The position numbers were made by a program, and so were the translations under genes. DNA of 64,000 nt. Origin: Hemiscyllium ocellatum (taxonomy: Eukaryota). A model generated the notes under the pieces. It saw only the letters and a program-made list of their open reading frames with translations, did not search any database and had not been told where the DNA came from. This document shows positions 38,691-51,800 of this stretch, in pieces. The stretch spans positions 186,001 to 250,000 of the forward strand of contig NW_026869147.1 in the NCBI RefSeq assembly GCF_020745735.1, read 5' to 3'. The first letter of the stretch is position 1. Each line of letters begins with the position of its first letter.

Positions 38691-41600
38691 CCCAGCTCCC
38701 TGCCCACACTGCCATGGACTGTCATCACCACAGCAGAGGCTCTGAACAAACAGAGATACACTGATCACTTACGGCTCATGAGGAAACGAGGTACACATCT
38801 CTTTCCACAGGTGGCATTGCAGCATGATGACCAGGCATGGCAGTCAGTGTCATTCTGACACACGTCTCCCAACTTCATCTCACAGAATGGGTCCAAGCGG
38901 GTGGAGGCAGGGCACTGGGTCGCTGGAAGGAACAAAGTGACAGTCACATCAGGACATATGGAGAGGGTCACACTCCCGCAGGATAGGGACAGCATGGGGT
39001 TAGATACAGAGTAAAGCTCCCTCTACACCATCCCCCCGATCACACCCTCCCAGGGACAGGGACAGCATGGGGTTAGGTACAGAGTAAAGGTCTCTCTACA
39101 CCATCCCCCCGATCACACCCTCCCAGGGACAGGGACAGCATGGGGTTAGATACAGGGTGCAGCTCCCTCTACACTGTCCCACCATCGACCATTCCCAGGG
39201 ACAGGGACAGCATGGGGTTTAGGTATAGGGTGCAGCTCCCTCTACACTGTCCCACCATCGACCATTCCCAGGGACAAAGACAGCACGGGGTTTAGGTACA
39301 GGGTGCAGCTCCCTCTACACTGTCCCACCATCGACCATTCCCAGGGACAGGGACAGCATGGGGTTTAGGTACAGGGTGCAGCTCCCTCTACACTGTCCCA
39401 CCATCGACCATTCCCAGGGACAGGGACAGCATGGGGTTGAGGTACAGGGTGCAGCTCCCTCTACACTGTCCCACCATCGACCATTCCCAGGGACAGGGAC
39501 AGCATGGGGTTTAGGTACAGGGTGCAGCTCCCTCTACACTGTCCCACCATCGACCATTCCCAGGGACAGGGACAGCATGGGGTTTAGGTACAGGGTGCAG
39601 CTCCCTCTACACTGTCCCACCATCGACCATTCCCAGGGACAGGGACAGCATGGGGTTAGGTACAGGGTGCAGCTCCCTCTACACTCTCCCACCAACAAAC
39701 TCTCCTGGCTCGATACCTGTAGCCAGTGGGATGATACACAGAGCTTAACAGGAGTGGTGCCTTACGTCTGGACAGGAACTTGAAGACACATCTGTTCCCA
39801 CAGGTGGTATTGCAGCAGGTTTGCCAGCCCTCGCAGTCGCTGTCCTCATTGCACTGAGTGTGGAAACTCATGGTACAGACGTGGCTCAGTCTGGAAGGTG
39901 AGGGACACCTTTGTTCGCTCCCTACAGAGACAGAGGCTTCATCTTAGCTTCAGAAACTGCTGCTGCTGCTGCTTGAACTATCATTCACTGACTTTGCCCT
40001 GAGCTCAAGGGCAGGGTGATAGAGAGAAAGAGAGAGAGAGACAGAGAGAGGGAGAGAGAGACAGAGAGACAGAGAGAAAGAGAAACAGTAACAGAGAGCA
40101 GGAGAGACAGACAGAGACAGAAAGAGAGGCGGGGGACAGAGGAAGACAGAGACAGAATAAGAGAGAAATAGACAAACATAGATATAGAGATTGAAAGAGA
40201 CAGGGAAGGAAAGAGAGACAGACAGCCAGAGAAGGAGACAAAGAGAAAGAAACAGACAGTGAGAGACAGAAAGAGAGTTAGACAGAAAGAGCAAAACACA
40301 GTGAGAGGGAGGGAGGGAGGGAGAGAGAGGCAGAGAGAGGGAGAAACAGAGAGACAGAGTTGGGGAGACACTGACAGAGAGAGACACATACATAGAATAA
40401 GCGAGATTGAGAGGAGAGAGTGAGAGAGAGAAAGGGAGAGACAGAGACAGAGAGTGAGAGACACGGTGAGAGACAGAGGGACAGATGGAGAGAGGGAGAG
40501 AGGCAGACAGAGGGAGACAAAGAGAAATTGAATGGGAGAGAAAGGGTGAGTGAGAGATGTTTTGGGGAGAGAGAAGCTGAGAGAGAGAGAGAGAAAAACA
40601 AAGAGAGAGAGGCACAAATCGACAGAAAGACAGAGTTCCACGGAGTGATCATGTCTGCCCGATATCGCAGAGACGTCCATTGACAGAGGGAAAGACAGAG
40701 AGCGAGGGAGAGAGCGAGAGACACACATGGACACATACACAGAAATAGCAACACAAACACAGTGACTTTCTGTGTCTCCCGATCCCTGATGAACACGGTC
40801 TGTGGTGGAGGTTGTGGGTGGGGAGGGAGAGGGTAGGCTGCTGCTCAGTAAACGGAGTTACTTACCCCTGCTGCGGTAGGAATGGACACAGCGTTGCCCA
40901 CAGCTGGTGTTGCAGCACATCTGCCATGCGTAGCAGTCATTATCTTCCTCACACAGCTCACCGTACTTCAGGTTACACACGGCAGAGAGGCGAGCAGGAG
41001 AAGGACACATTCCAGATGTCCGATCTGTCACAGAGAGAGAGTGAGGGAGGGAGGGACAGGGAAAGGGAGAGAGGGACAGGGAAAGGGAGAGAGATAGACA
41101 CAGCTCAGACATAGAGGAAGGCCTCATCAAGGACATCAGTTCACCACACTCAGCCTGCTGGGATAAGGATATTCCCCACACTCAGCCTGCTGGGAACAGG
41201 ATATTCCTCATACTCAGCCTGCTGGGAACAGGGTATTCCCCACACTAAGCCTGCTGGGAACAGGGTAGTCCCCACACTAAGCCTGCTGGGACCAGGATAT
41301 TCCCCACACTAAGCCTGCTGGGAACAGGGTATTCCCCACACTCAGCCTGCTGGGAACAGGGTATTCCCCACACTCAGCCTGCTGGGAACAGGGTATTCCC
41401 CACACTCAACCTGCTGGGACCAGGGTATTCCCCACACACAGCCTGCTGGGAACAGAGTGCTCCCCACACTCAGCCTGCTGGGAACAGGATATTTACCAAC
41501 ACTTAGCCTGCTGGGAACAGGGTATTCCCCACACACAGCCTGCTGGGAACAGGATATTCCCCACACTAAGCCTGCTGGGAACAGGATATTCCCCACACTA

Positions 41601-44600
41601 AGCCTGCTGGGACCAGAGTGTTCCCCATACTCAGCCTGCTGGGAACAGAGTGCTCCCCACACTAAGCCTCCTGGGGGCAGTGTGATTACATGACCCTCTG
41701 CTGGGATGTAGCTGGATCTTGCAGGGACTAACCAACCGTATGCAGTTACCTGAGACTGACAAACTCCTGCTCTGCCCCATGAAGGGGTGGACACAGCGTC
41801 TACCACAAGGTGTCTCACAACATGACCTCCACTTGCCACAATCCCCATCATCTCCACACGAGATGCTGTGATTCATCCTGCAGACACGATCCAGGCAGGA
41901 CGGATTCGGACATTCCTCAGATTTCCACGAGTCTGCAAATGTGATAGTTCCGGTTATGGGAGAGAGCAGGAGAGGTGTTGGGGGGAATGGGTGGGAGAGC
42001 AAAGGGGCAGAGTGAGAGGGAGACAAAAAAGGTGAGAGGAACAGGGAGAGAAAGGTGACAAAGACGGAGAGAGAGGGACAGGAACATGCAGCCGAGAGAC
42101 AGCAAGTGCGGTGACAGAGAGAGAGGGGCAAAGAGAGAGAAGAGATAGCGACACAGAGAGCAAGTGACAGAAGGAAAGATGTGACTGAGAAAGACAGAAA
42201 CACATGCAGCAGACAGACAGAATGAGAGGTGACAGAGAAACAGGGCTACAGAGAGACAGGAGAGACAGCAGCACAGAGGGACAGATGGAGAGGCATGACT
42301 GAGAAAGAGAGAGAGTGTGGCATGTGACAGAGACAGAGAGAGAGAGAGAGACAGAGAGAGAGAAAGAGAAAGAATCAGACAGACATGCAACAAATGGAGA
42401 TGAAATGATGTCACACAAGGAGAGAGAGAGAGTGAGAAAGAGAGATAGAAGAGAGAGATGTGCTGCGGGAATGCACAAAGAGAGGCAAAGGGAAATATAC
42501 CACAGACACAAAGTGAGATATAAAGCAGGAAAGGTCACAGTGCTGCCTCATACAGGCAGGTTAAGCAGCCATTCCTTCTGGACCAGGAACTACCTCCATG
42601 AGACTTTCTGTAGAACGACAGGACACAACGTTTCTGACACCCAGCATCACAGCATCTTTGTGATCCTGCACAATCCTGGTCCGACTCACACACCTTCCCA
42701 AAAGTGCAGTTACACACACGGGCAAGATGGTCTGGGCGTGGGCACTGCCCGTCGTCTTCCATTGGGAGAAAAGAGAGAGACAGAACCGCACGGGGTTAGA
42801 CACAGAGTAATGCTCCCTCCACATTGTCCCCATTAAACACTCCCAGGACAGGGACAGCACAGGATTAGACACAGAGTAATGCTCCCTCCACATTGTCCCC
42901 ATTAAACACTCCCAGGACAGGGACAGCACGGGCTTAGACACAGAGTAAAGAACCCTCCACATTGTCCCCATTAAACACTCCCAGGACAGGGACAGCACAG
43001 GGTTAGACACAGAGTAAAGCTGTCTCTCCCCCACCCCAGCAAGTTCCCCAAGGACAGAGACAGCACATGGTGAGATACACATTGAAACACTGCTCTGTCG
43101 TGTCCCGCACCACAACCATTCAGTAACACCAGATGGACAGTGAGTGAAGCTCAGACAAGAAGAACTCACCATTTCTGAAATGCCTGAGGACACATCTTGG
43201 CCCACACGGGGTAGAGCAACACGTGCCCCATCTGCCACAGTCGCTCTCGTTTCTACATTCCTTGCCCAGAGTTGTGTTACACACATAGCTCAGTTGACTT
43301 GGGCTTGAGCACTCTCCGGGTCTCTCACCTGGAAACACAACATTTCGATATAAGGCTCGACTTACACACGACAGGGGGAGACCGACAGGGATTCACCATC
43401 AGGGATACACTTGCTGTTTTCAGGAGTTCCATGGTCCACATTTATAATTGGATTAACCTACAGACTGGGGTCGACCGCAATCTGCTCCCTCCAGTCTCAG
43501 GTCACGTTTAGTCTGCTCCCTGCAGGCTCGGGACACTCTCACTCTCCTCCCTGCAGTCTCGGGACTCTCTCAGTCTGCTCCCTGCAGTCTCGGGACTCTC
43601 TCAGTCCGCTCCCTGCAGTCTCGGGACTCTCTCAGTCTGCTCCCTGCAGTCTCGGGACTCTCTCAGTCCACTCCCTGCAGTCTCGGGTCTCTCTCAGTCT
43701 GCTCCCTGCAGTCTCGGGTCTCCCTCAGTCTGCTCCCTGCATTCTCGGGACTCTCTCTCAGTCTGCTCCCTGCATTCTCGGGACTCTCTCTCAGTCTGCT
43801 CCCTGCAGTCTCGGGACTCTCTCAGTCTGCTCCCTGCAGTCTCGGGTCTCTCTCTCAGTCTGCTCCCTGCAGTCTCGGGACTCTCTCTCAGTCTGCTCCC
43901 TGCAGTCTCGGGACTCTCTCAGTCTGCTCCCTGCAGTCTCGGGACTCTCTCAGTCTGCTCCCTACAGTCTCGGGTCTGTCTCACTCTGCTCCCTGCAGTC
44001 TCGGGACTCACTCAGTCTGCACCCTGCAGTCTCGGGTCTCTCTCAGTCTGCACCCTGCAGTCTCGGGACTCTCTCAGTCTGCTCCCTGCAGTCTCGGGTC
44101 TCTCTCAGTCTGCACCCTGCAGTCTCGGGACTCTCTCACTCTGCTCCCTGCAGTCTCGGGTCTCTCTCAGTCTGCTCCCTGCAGTCTCGGGACTCTCTCA
44201 GTCTGCACCCTGCAGTCTCGGGACTCTCTCACTCTGCTCCCTGCAGTCTCGGGTCTCTCTCACTCTGCACCCTGCTGTCTCGGGTCTCTCTCACTCTGCA
44301 CCCTGCAGTCTCTGTTGTGCTGAACTATCTTGCCCCAGACCATTCCCCTACTGACACTCTGTCACACCATAATCCTTACCTTGCCTGAATGAGGAGACAC
44401 ATTTCTTGCCACATCCAATCTCACAGCACTGTTCATAGGAAGGACAATCATCATCATCCTCACACGATCGAGTCCGGTTTTTCTTGCAGAGAAAAGACAC
44501 ACGGGAATGTTCTGGGCATTTCTTTCGCAAAACTGAAGGAGAGAACGGGTTTTCACTTGGTCAATTTGTTTACATACAGTGTAATCTTTCCACTGTCCTC

Positions 44601-47600
44601 TATCAAACACTCCCACCACACGGACAGAGTGGGATTAGATACAGAGTAATGCTCCCTCTACAGCGTCGACTCATCAAACACTACCAGGATAGAGACACCA
44701 TGCTCATAGGTACAGTGTAAAGCTCCCTCTACACTGCTCACATTGGCCCTGTTCAGCTCACTCGGGATTATCAGACAAACCAGTGGGAAGCAATGCAGTG
44801 ATGGATACTCACATTTCCTGATGAATGTTGGGACACATTTCCCACCGCAGCCCTTGGCCAGGCAGCACCTCTGCCACACGTCGCACTGCGTGTCGTTCTT
44901 GCAGTCTTTTCCCAGGGTCGTGTTGCACAACATCGTCAGCCTCCTTGCAATGGGACAGGTTCTGTTCTCTGTGAAGACAAACACAGGGAGATGGGGGATA
45001 GAATCAGACAACAGATAAACATCCCACTCTCCCATCTCTCTGACAGAAGGGAGCCCAGTGCCTTGTGAAGGAAGCTGGGAATTGGAGAGAGGGTGGGACA
45101 ACTCAGCCTTCACAACACCACTCCATGATCTGCCGCAGTACACCACACAGCTCACACACAATTCCTCTCTCTTGGCCTGCAGTGGGAACAGAGAAAGGAC
45201 TGAGGAGAGACAGACGACTTAACTGAGATGTAACAGAGGCATCAGACAGACCACAACATCCAAACAGCGTGCACTCATATTCCCGGAGAGTAGGACACTG
45301 TGTGTTTCACACCACAATCCCTCCCTAACCCAGGGACAGGGATTGGGAACAGGATCCCTGTCTGTTTCACACCACAATCCCTCCCTGACCCAGGGACAGG
45401 GATTGGGAATAGGATCCCTGTCTGTTTCACACCACAATCCCTCCCTAAGCCAGGGACAGGGATTGGGAACGGGATCCCTGTCTGTTTCACACCACAATCC
45501 CTCCCTGACCCAGGGACAGGGATTGGGAACGGGATCCCTGTCTGTTTCACACCACAATCCCTCCCTAACCCAGGGACAGAGATTGGGAACGGGATCCCTG
45601 TCTGTTTCACACCACAATCCACCTCTAACCCAGGGACAGGGATTGGGAACGGGATCCCTGCCTGTTTCACACCACAATCCCTCCCTCACCCAGGGGCACG
45701 GATTGGGAACGGGATTCCTGTCTGTTTCACACCACAATCCCTCTCTATCCCAGGGACAGGGATTGGGAACAGGATCCCTGCCTGTTTCACACCACAATCC
45801 CTCCCTTACCCAGTGACAGGGATTGGGAACAGGATCCCTGTCTGTTTCACACCACAATCCACCTCTAACTCAGGGACAGGGATTGGGAACGGGATCCCTG
45901 TCTGTTTCACACCACAAGCCCTCCCTAACCCAGGGACAGGGATTGGGAACAGGATCCCTGTCTGTTTCACACCACAATCCACCTCTAACTCAGGGACAGG
46001 GATTGGGAACGGGATCCCTGCCTGTTTCACACCACAATCCCTCCCTAACCCAGGGACTGGGATTGGGAACAGGATCCCTGTCTGTTTCACACCACAATCC
46101 ACCCTTTACCCAAACACAGGGATTAGAAACGCGGTCCTGTTCTGCCGAACGCCAATCCCTCGCTAACCTGGGAAGAGGGATCAGAGCCGGGATTCCAGGA
46201 TGCCCTTGGGGAATCTGTATTCTCTGGACAGTGTCTGTGTCCCTCACATTGGATGTGTTTCCCTCTCTCACACACTCTCTCTCGCTCTCTCTCTCTCTCA
46301 CCTCCTGTGAAACACTTTGGGATGCATTTCTTCCCACAGCCAGCATCACAACACGAGTGGTATCCATCACAGTCCCCGTTGTCATTACAGGAACGCCCGG
46401 TGCTGATCTGACAGAACATGGAGAGGCTGTCCTCCTCTGGGCACTGGTCAGCAGGCTCTGTAAATGGGAAGGTAGGACAGACACAGTTACAGAGTCCCAC
46501 ACAGGGCCCTTCACATACTCCTTCACACCTTCCTCATCTCTTCCCCACCCTCCCTCCATTCCCAAACCAGGGAATGCTCATTCTACTGCCCACCCTCTGC
46601 AATAACCCTCTCACTTACTGTTGCTTCCTCCTTTCCCTCCAACTGCTCTCCTGCTCTGACAGCATCACTTTCCCCTTTCCGTGGTGATAAACTCCTGAAA
46701 ACCTTTTATCTCTTGGGTTATCACATCCCTTTATCACCGATCAGTTCCTCAATCTGTCAATGTGCCTCCTCAACATCGCTGCTGTACCTGCCTCCACCAC
46801 CACCCCCTGACAGCATATTCCACATACTGACCCCACTCTGTGTTCAACAAACCTGCCTCCCACTGTCTCCCCTTTTACCCCAAATCTGTGCTCCTCTAGT
46901 CATTGACATTTCTGTCCTGGGAAAGTAAAACTGACCAGGCGATACATTCTGTTTGTAAGTGAGGAACCTTCTATCAGGTCGACTCTCATCCTTTCCATGT
47001 TCACGTGAAAACAAACCAGGCTTATTCAATCGCCCAAAACACATCACCTCACATTTGTTCAGATTACACTCCATCTGCCATCTCTTCACCCAATCCTCCG
47101 GTCTATCTTCATCCTGCTCTGTCCTCGGGCAATCCTCCGCCCTGCCCTCCCATGCGAAGGAGACCCCGTCACTGAATGTTGGGGGATTATTGGTCCTCTG
47201 ACCTGCTGGGGTAGCATAGGTTGGGGGTGAGAGGGGCTTACTTCTCGCAAACCACTGTGACACACATCGAGGTCCACATTCCGTGTTACAGCACGATGCC
47301 CAGTGACCACAGGAATCGTCTCCATCGCAGGGGGCGGTGAAGTTCATCCGACAGACATAATGCAGTCTGGTCGTGTCCGGACATGTGGATCCTTGGCCTT
47401 TAGGAGACACTGAAAGAGAGAGAGAGAGAAGAACAGCCGTCATCACAACCGCTGACCCAACAGAGACACTTCCCTGGGAAACATCTCTCACAGACAGCAG
47501 AGAAACAGGAGCTAGAGAGGGTGGCAGAGATAGGGAGAGGTGCAGGGACTGGAGGGGGTTACAGAGACAGGGAGGGGGGGGTGTAGGGGGTTACAGAGAT

Positions 47601-48783
47601 AGGGAGGGGATGTAGGGGGGTTACAGAGATAGAGAGGGGGTGTAGGGGGTTACAGAGATAGGGAGGGGGTGTAGGGGGGTTACAGAGACAGGGAGGGGGT
47701 GTAGGGGGGTTACAGAGACAGGGAGGGGGTGTAGGGGGTTACAGAGATAGGGAGGGGGTGTAGGGGGTTACAGAGATAGGGAGGGGGTGTATGGGGGTTA
47801 CACAGACAGGGAGGGGGTGTAGGGAGGGTTACAGAGACAGGGAGGGGGTGTAGGGGGTTACAGAGATTGGGAGGGGGTGTCGGTGGTTACAGTGATAGGG
47901 AGGGGGTGTCGGGAGTTACAGAGACAGGGAGGGGGTGTAGGGGCTGGAGGGTGTTACAGAGATAGAGAGAGGTGTAGGGCCTGGAGGGGGTTACAGAAGT
48001 AGGTGGGGTGTAACAGCCAGAGGCGGGTACAGATATGATTGGATTTGAAGACAATTATGGTGTGTGTACAGCAGGAGGCAGTATTGCACAGCGAGCCATT
48101 GGGTGTTGCCAATCCCACATGGTGGTGCGTGAACCAGACTCAGTGTGTGACACTCAGGATTGGATGGGGGAACAGAGATCGGAGAGACCGCAGTGTTTCA
48201 CAATGAGCTGAACACCATGGAAGATGGGAATGGTGAGGTTCGTCAGGAGAGGAATGTGAGAATTGAGTCTGAGACAGACAGCTCTCTCTCCCACCCAGAT
48301 ACAGTGACGTGGCTCTGAGGGGATCTCTCCTCCTTACCTCCAGGCTTGAAGCTCATGATACATCTCCTCCCACATCCAGTCTCACAACACTTTTGCCAGA
48401 TATCACAGTCGTCATCAGTGGAACATTGAGAGCCCAGTTTCATCTGACAAATGGGCTGGAGACGAGATTCTGCTGGACATTCAAAGGCTTCCTCTGTGGG
48501 GAAAGCATGACTCTGAGCTCAAACTAAACTGCTGCTGGACAGGGTTAACAGTTCACAACATCAAGGAGACCATTCAGATCATCTGGCCTGCCCCAATCGC
48601 TCAATAACATCATTGCTGATCCACCACAGGGACTGTACTTTCTGGTCATCTCCCCTCACACCCACATTCTGTTTACATCTCGCACTCACACGAACCACTT
48701 TGCTCTCCACCACACCCAGGGAAGACTCTCCACTCGATCACAAATACAGGCACGCTGTCTCCTCTCCCTCACACACAGGAACG

Positions 48784-48862
<79 letters not shown>

Positions 48863-51800
48863 GGACCACTCTCCTCACACACACACACAGGGACCACTCT
48901 CCTCTCTCACACACACACAGGGACCACTCTCCTCTCTCACACACACACAGGGACCACTCTCCTCTCACACACACACAGGGACCACTCTCCTCTCTCACAC
49001 ACACACAGGGACCACTCTCCTCTCACACACACACAGGGACCACTCTCCTCTCACACACACAGGGACCACTCTCCTCTCACACACACACACAGGGACCACT
49101 CTCCTCTCACACACACACACAGGGACCACTCTCCTCTCACACACACACACAGGGACCACTCTCCTCTCACACACACACAGGGACCACTCTCCTCTCACAC
49201 ACACACACACACAGGGACCACTCTCCTCTCACACACACACAGGGACCACTCTCCTCTCACACACACACACAGGGACCACTCTCCTCTCACACACACACAC
49301 ACACACACACACAGGGACCACTCTCCTCTCTCACACACAGGGACCACTCTCCTCTCACACACACACAGGGACCACTCTCCTCTCACACACACACACACAG
49401 GGACCACTCTCCTCACACACACACACACACACACAGGGACCACTCTCCTCTCACACACACACAGGGACCACTCTACCTCTCACACACACACACACAGGGA
49501 CCACTCTCCTCTCACACACACACACACACACAGGGACCACTCTCCTCACACACACACACACACACACAGGGACCACTCTCCTCTCACACACACACAGGGA
49601 CCACTCTCCTCTCACACACATACACACAGGGACCACTCTCCTCTCACACACACACACAGGGACCACTCTCCTCTCACACATGAGCACCTCTCTCTTGCCT
49701 CACAGAACTGCACCTCTCTCGTACACTCTCCTCTTTGAGAGAAGAGTTCTCCCTTCCTCACCTTGCCTGTGGACCCCATAGACGCAGCGTTTGCCGCAGT
49801 TCCCGACGTTACAGCACTGCTTCCACCTTGCGCAGTCCTCGTCTACCTCACACTCCTCGGCATCGTCCCGGTCACAGATATTTTGCATCTGGAATGGTTT
49901 GGGACACTCTGCGTCTCGCTTTCCTGTGTTCGGGACAAATCCGAATTCAGTGAGAGGCTGGATGGAAATTCAGCACCGCCCTGGTTATACGGAGTATGGG
50001 ATCATCCAGGGAAAAACAAGGGGAAGCCTGGAGACAAAGGGGTAGATTGGGGATGGCAGTCTGACAATGAGGAGGGAGGGTTTCACATTGGTTTCCGTTC
50101 TGGCTTGGCCAAACATGACAGCTCAGTGAGGAAGGTGAAATGGGAGTGGGGGGAGCTGGGAGTGGGGCAAACGGGAATGGGGGATTACAGAGAGGGTGGC
50201 AAATGGCTGTCAGTTTTATGAGCAGCACCTTCCAATGGGAACAAGCTGATGACAACAGGATTGGGCAGACTGGGGCTGGCTTTCCAATGGGATTTAGTAG
50301 ACTGGGGGAGACTCACTCCCATTGGGAATGATCCTGAAATGGCTGTGGATGAGCTGAGACCTGGGAAGGAGTCTCCTACTGAGAGGGGACATCCTCAAAC
50401 TGAATACTCCAACTGCAGGGGGCAGGGAGATTGGGTTCCTGGGACAGACAGGGGTCTCTGCCTCAGTCAGAGTGACTCCACCAGGTGTGTGCAGTGTTTG
50501 CCAAAGGAGGGAATGGGAGGGTCAGTCATCCTCACCGCGTTTGTGATACCGATGGACACATCTCTTCCCACATCCGGCCTCACAGCACGAGAGCCACAGA
50601 TCACAGTCATCGTCATTTGTACACTCCTGGCCGTAGTTAACATTGCACATCGGGGTAAGGCGCCTGGCATCCGGGCAGCTCCCATTCTCTGGAGAGAAGA
50701 AGGAAAGGGAAAAGACTGGGTTAAAGCTCAGTCCGAGTCTCAGGATAAACACCTCCAGATGGACAGGGTGGAAACTGAGCAAGTCTCTCTCAGTCTGCAC
50801 GGTCCCCAACGATCATACACACAGCACAGTGTGAAGAATACATCCCTCCTTATTGTTTTACCCTGGAAGGAAATCTCCCTCTACACTGTCCCCATCAAAC
50901 ACTCCCAGGACAGGGACAGCATGGGGTAAGATACAGAGGAAATCTCCCTCTACACTGTCCCCATCAAACACTCCCAGGACAGGGACAGCATGGGGTAAGA
51001 TACAGATGAAATCTCCCTGTACACTGTTCCCATCAAACACTCCCAGGACAGGGACAGCATGGGGTAAAGTACAGAGGAAATCTCCCTCTACACTGTCCCC
51101 ATCAAACACTCCCAGCACCGGGTTATATATGAGTCATGCTCCTCTATCCCGTGTCCCCCCCATAACATCCCCCCACACCACAACCATCACCAGATGACCC
51201 CTCACCTCCTTTGAAGAATCGGAAAACACATCTTTTTCCACAGCCAGCGTCACAGCACATTTGCCAACGGTCACAGTCAGTATCAGCCTCACACTCATCT
51301 CCCAACGTCATGTTACAGACCTTGCCCAGGGTACGGCTGTGTGGGCACTGGGACTCTCCCTCTGTGTGGGCACAGATATTGAGACATTATTACAGAGCCT
51401 GTTCTGAGCATACCGCCCTCCTTTACAGACACAGGCCCCCAGACCCTTCCAAAGACAAATCCAGGGACAATAACCCACTGCACCCCACCGTCCAACCACC
51501 TCCCCATGACCACTCAAAGGCACGCCACGTGAGTGTGTGTGAGTGTGAGTGTGTGTGAGTGCGTGTGTGTGCGTGTGTGTGTGTGAGTGTGTTTGAGTGT
51601 GTTTGAGTGTGTTTNNNNNNNNNNNNNNNNNNNNNNNNNNNNNNNNNNNNNNNNNNNNNNNNNNNNNNNNNNNNNNNNNNNNNNNNNNNNNNNNNNNNNN
51701 NNNNNNNNNNNNNNNNNNNNNNNNNNNNNNNNNNNNNNNNNNNNNNNNNNNNNNNNNNNNNNNNNNNNNNNNNNNNNNNNNNNNNNNNNNNNNNNNNNNN

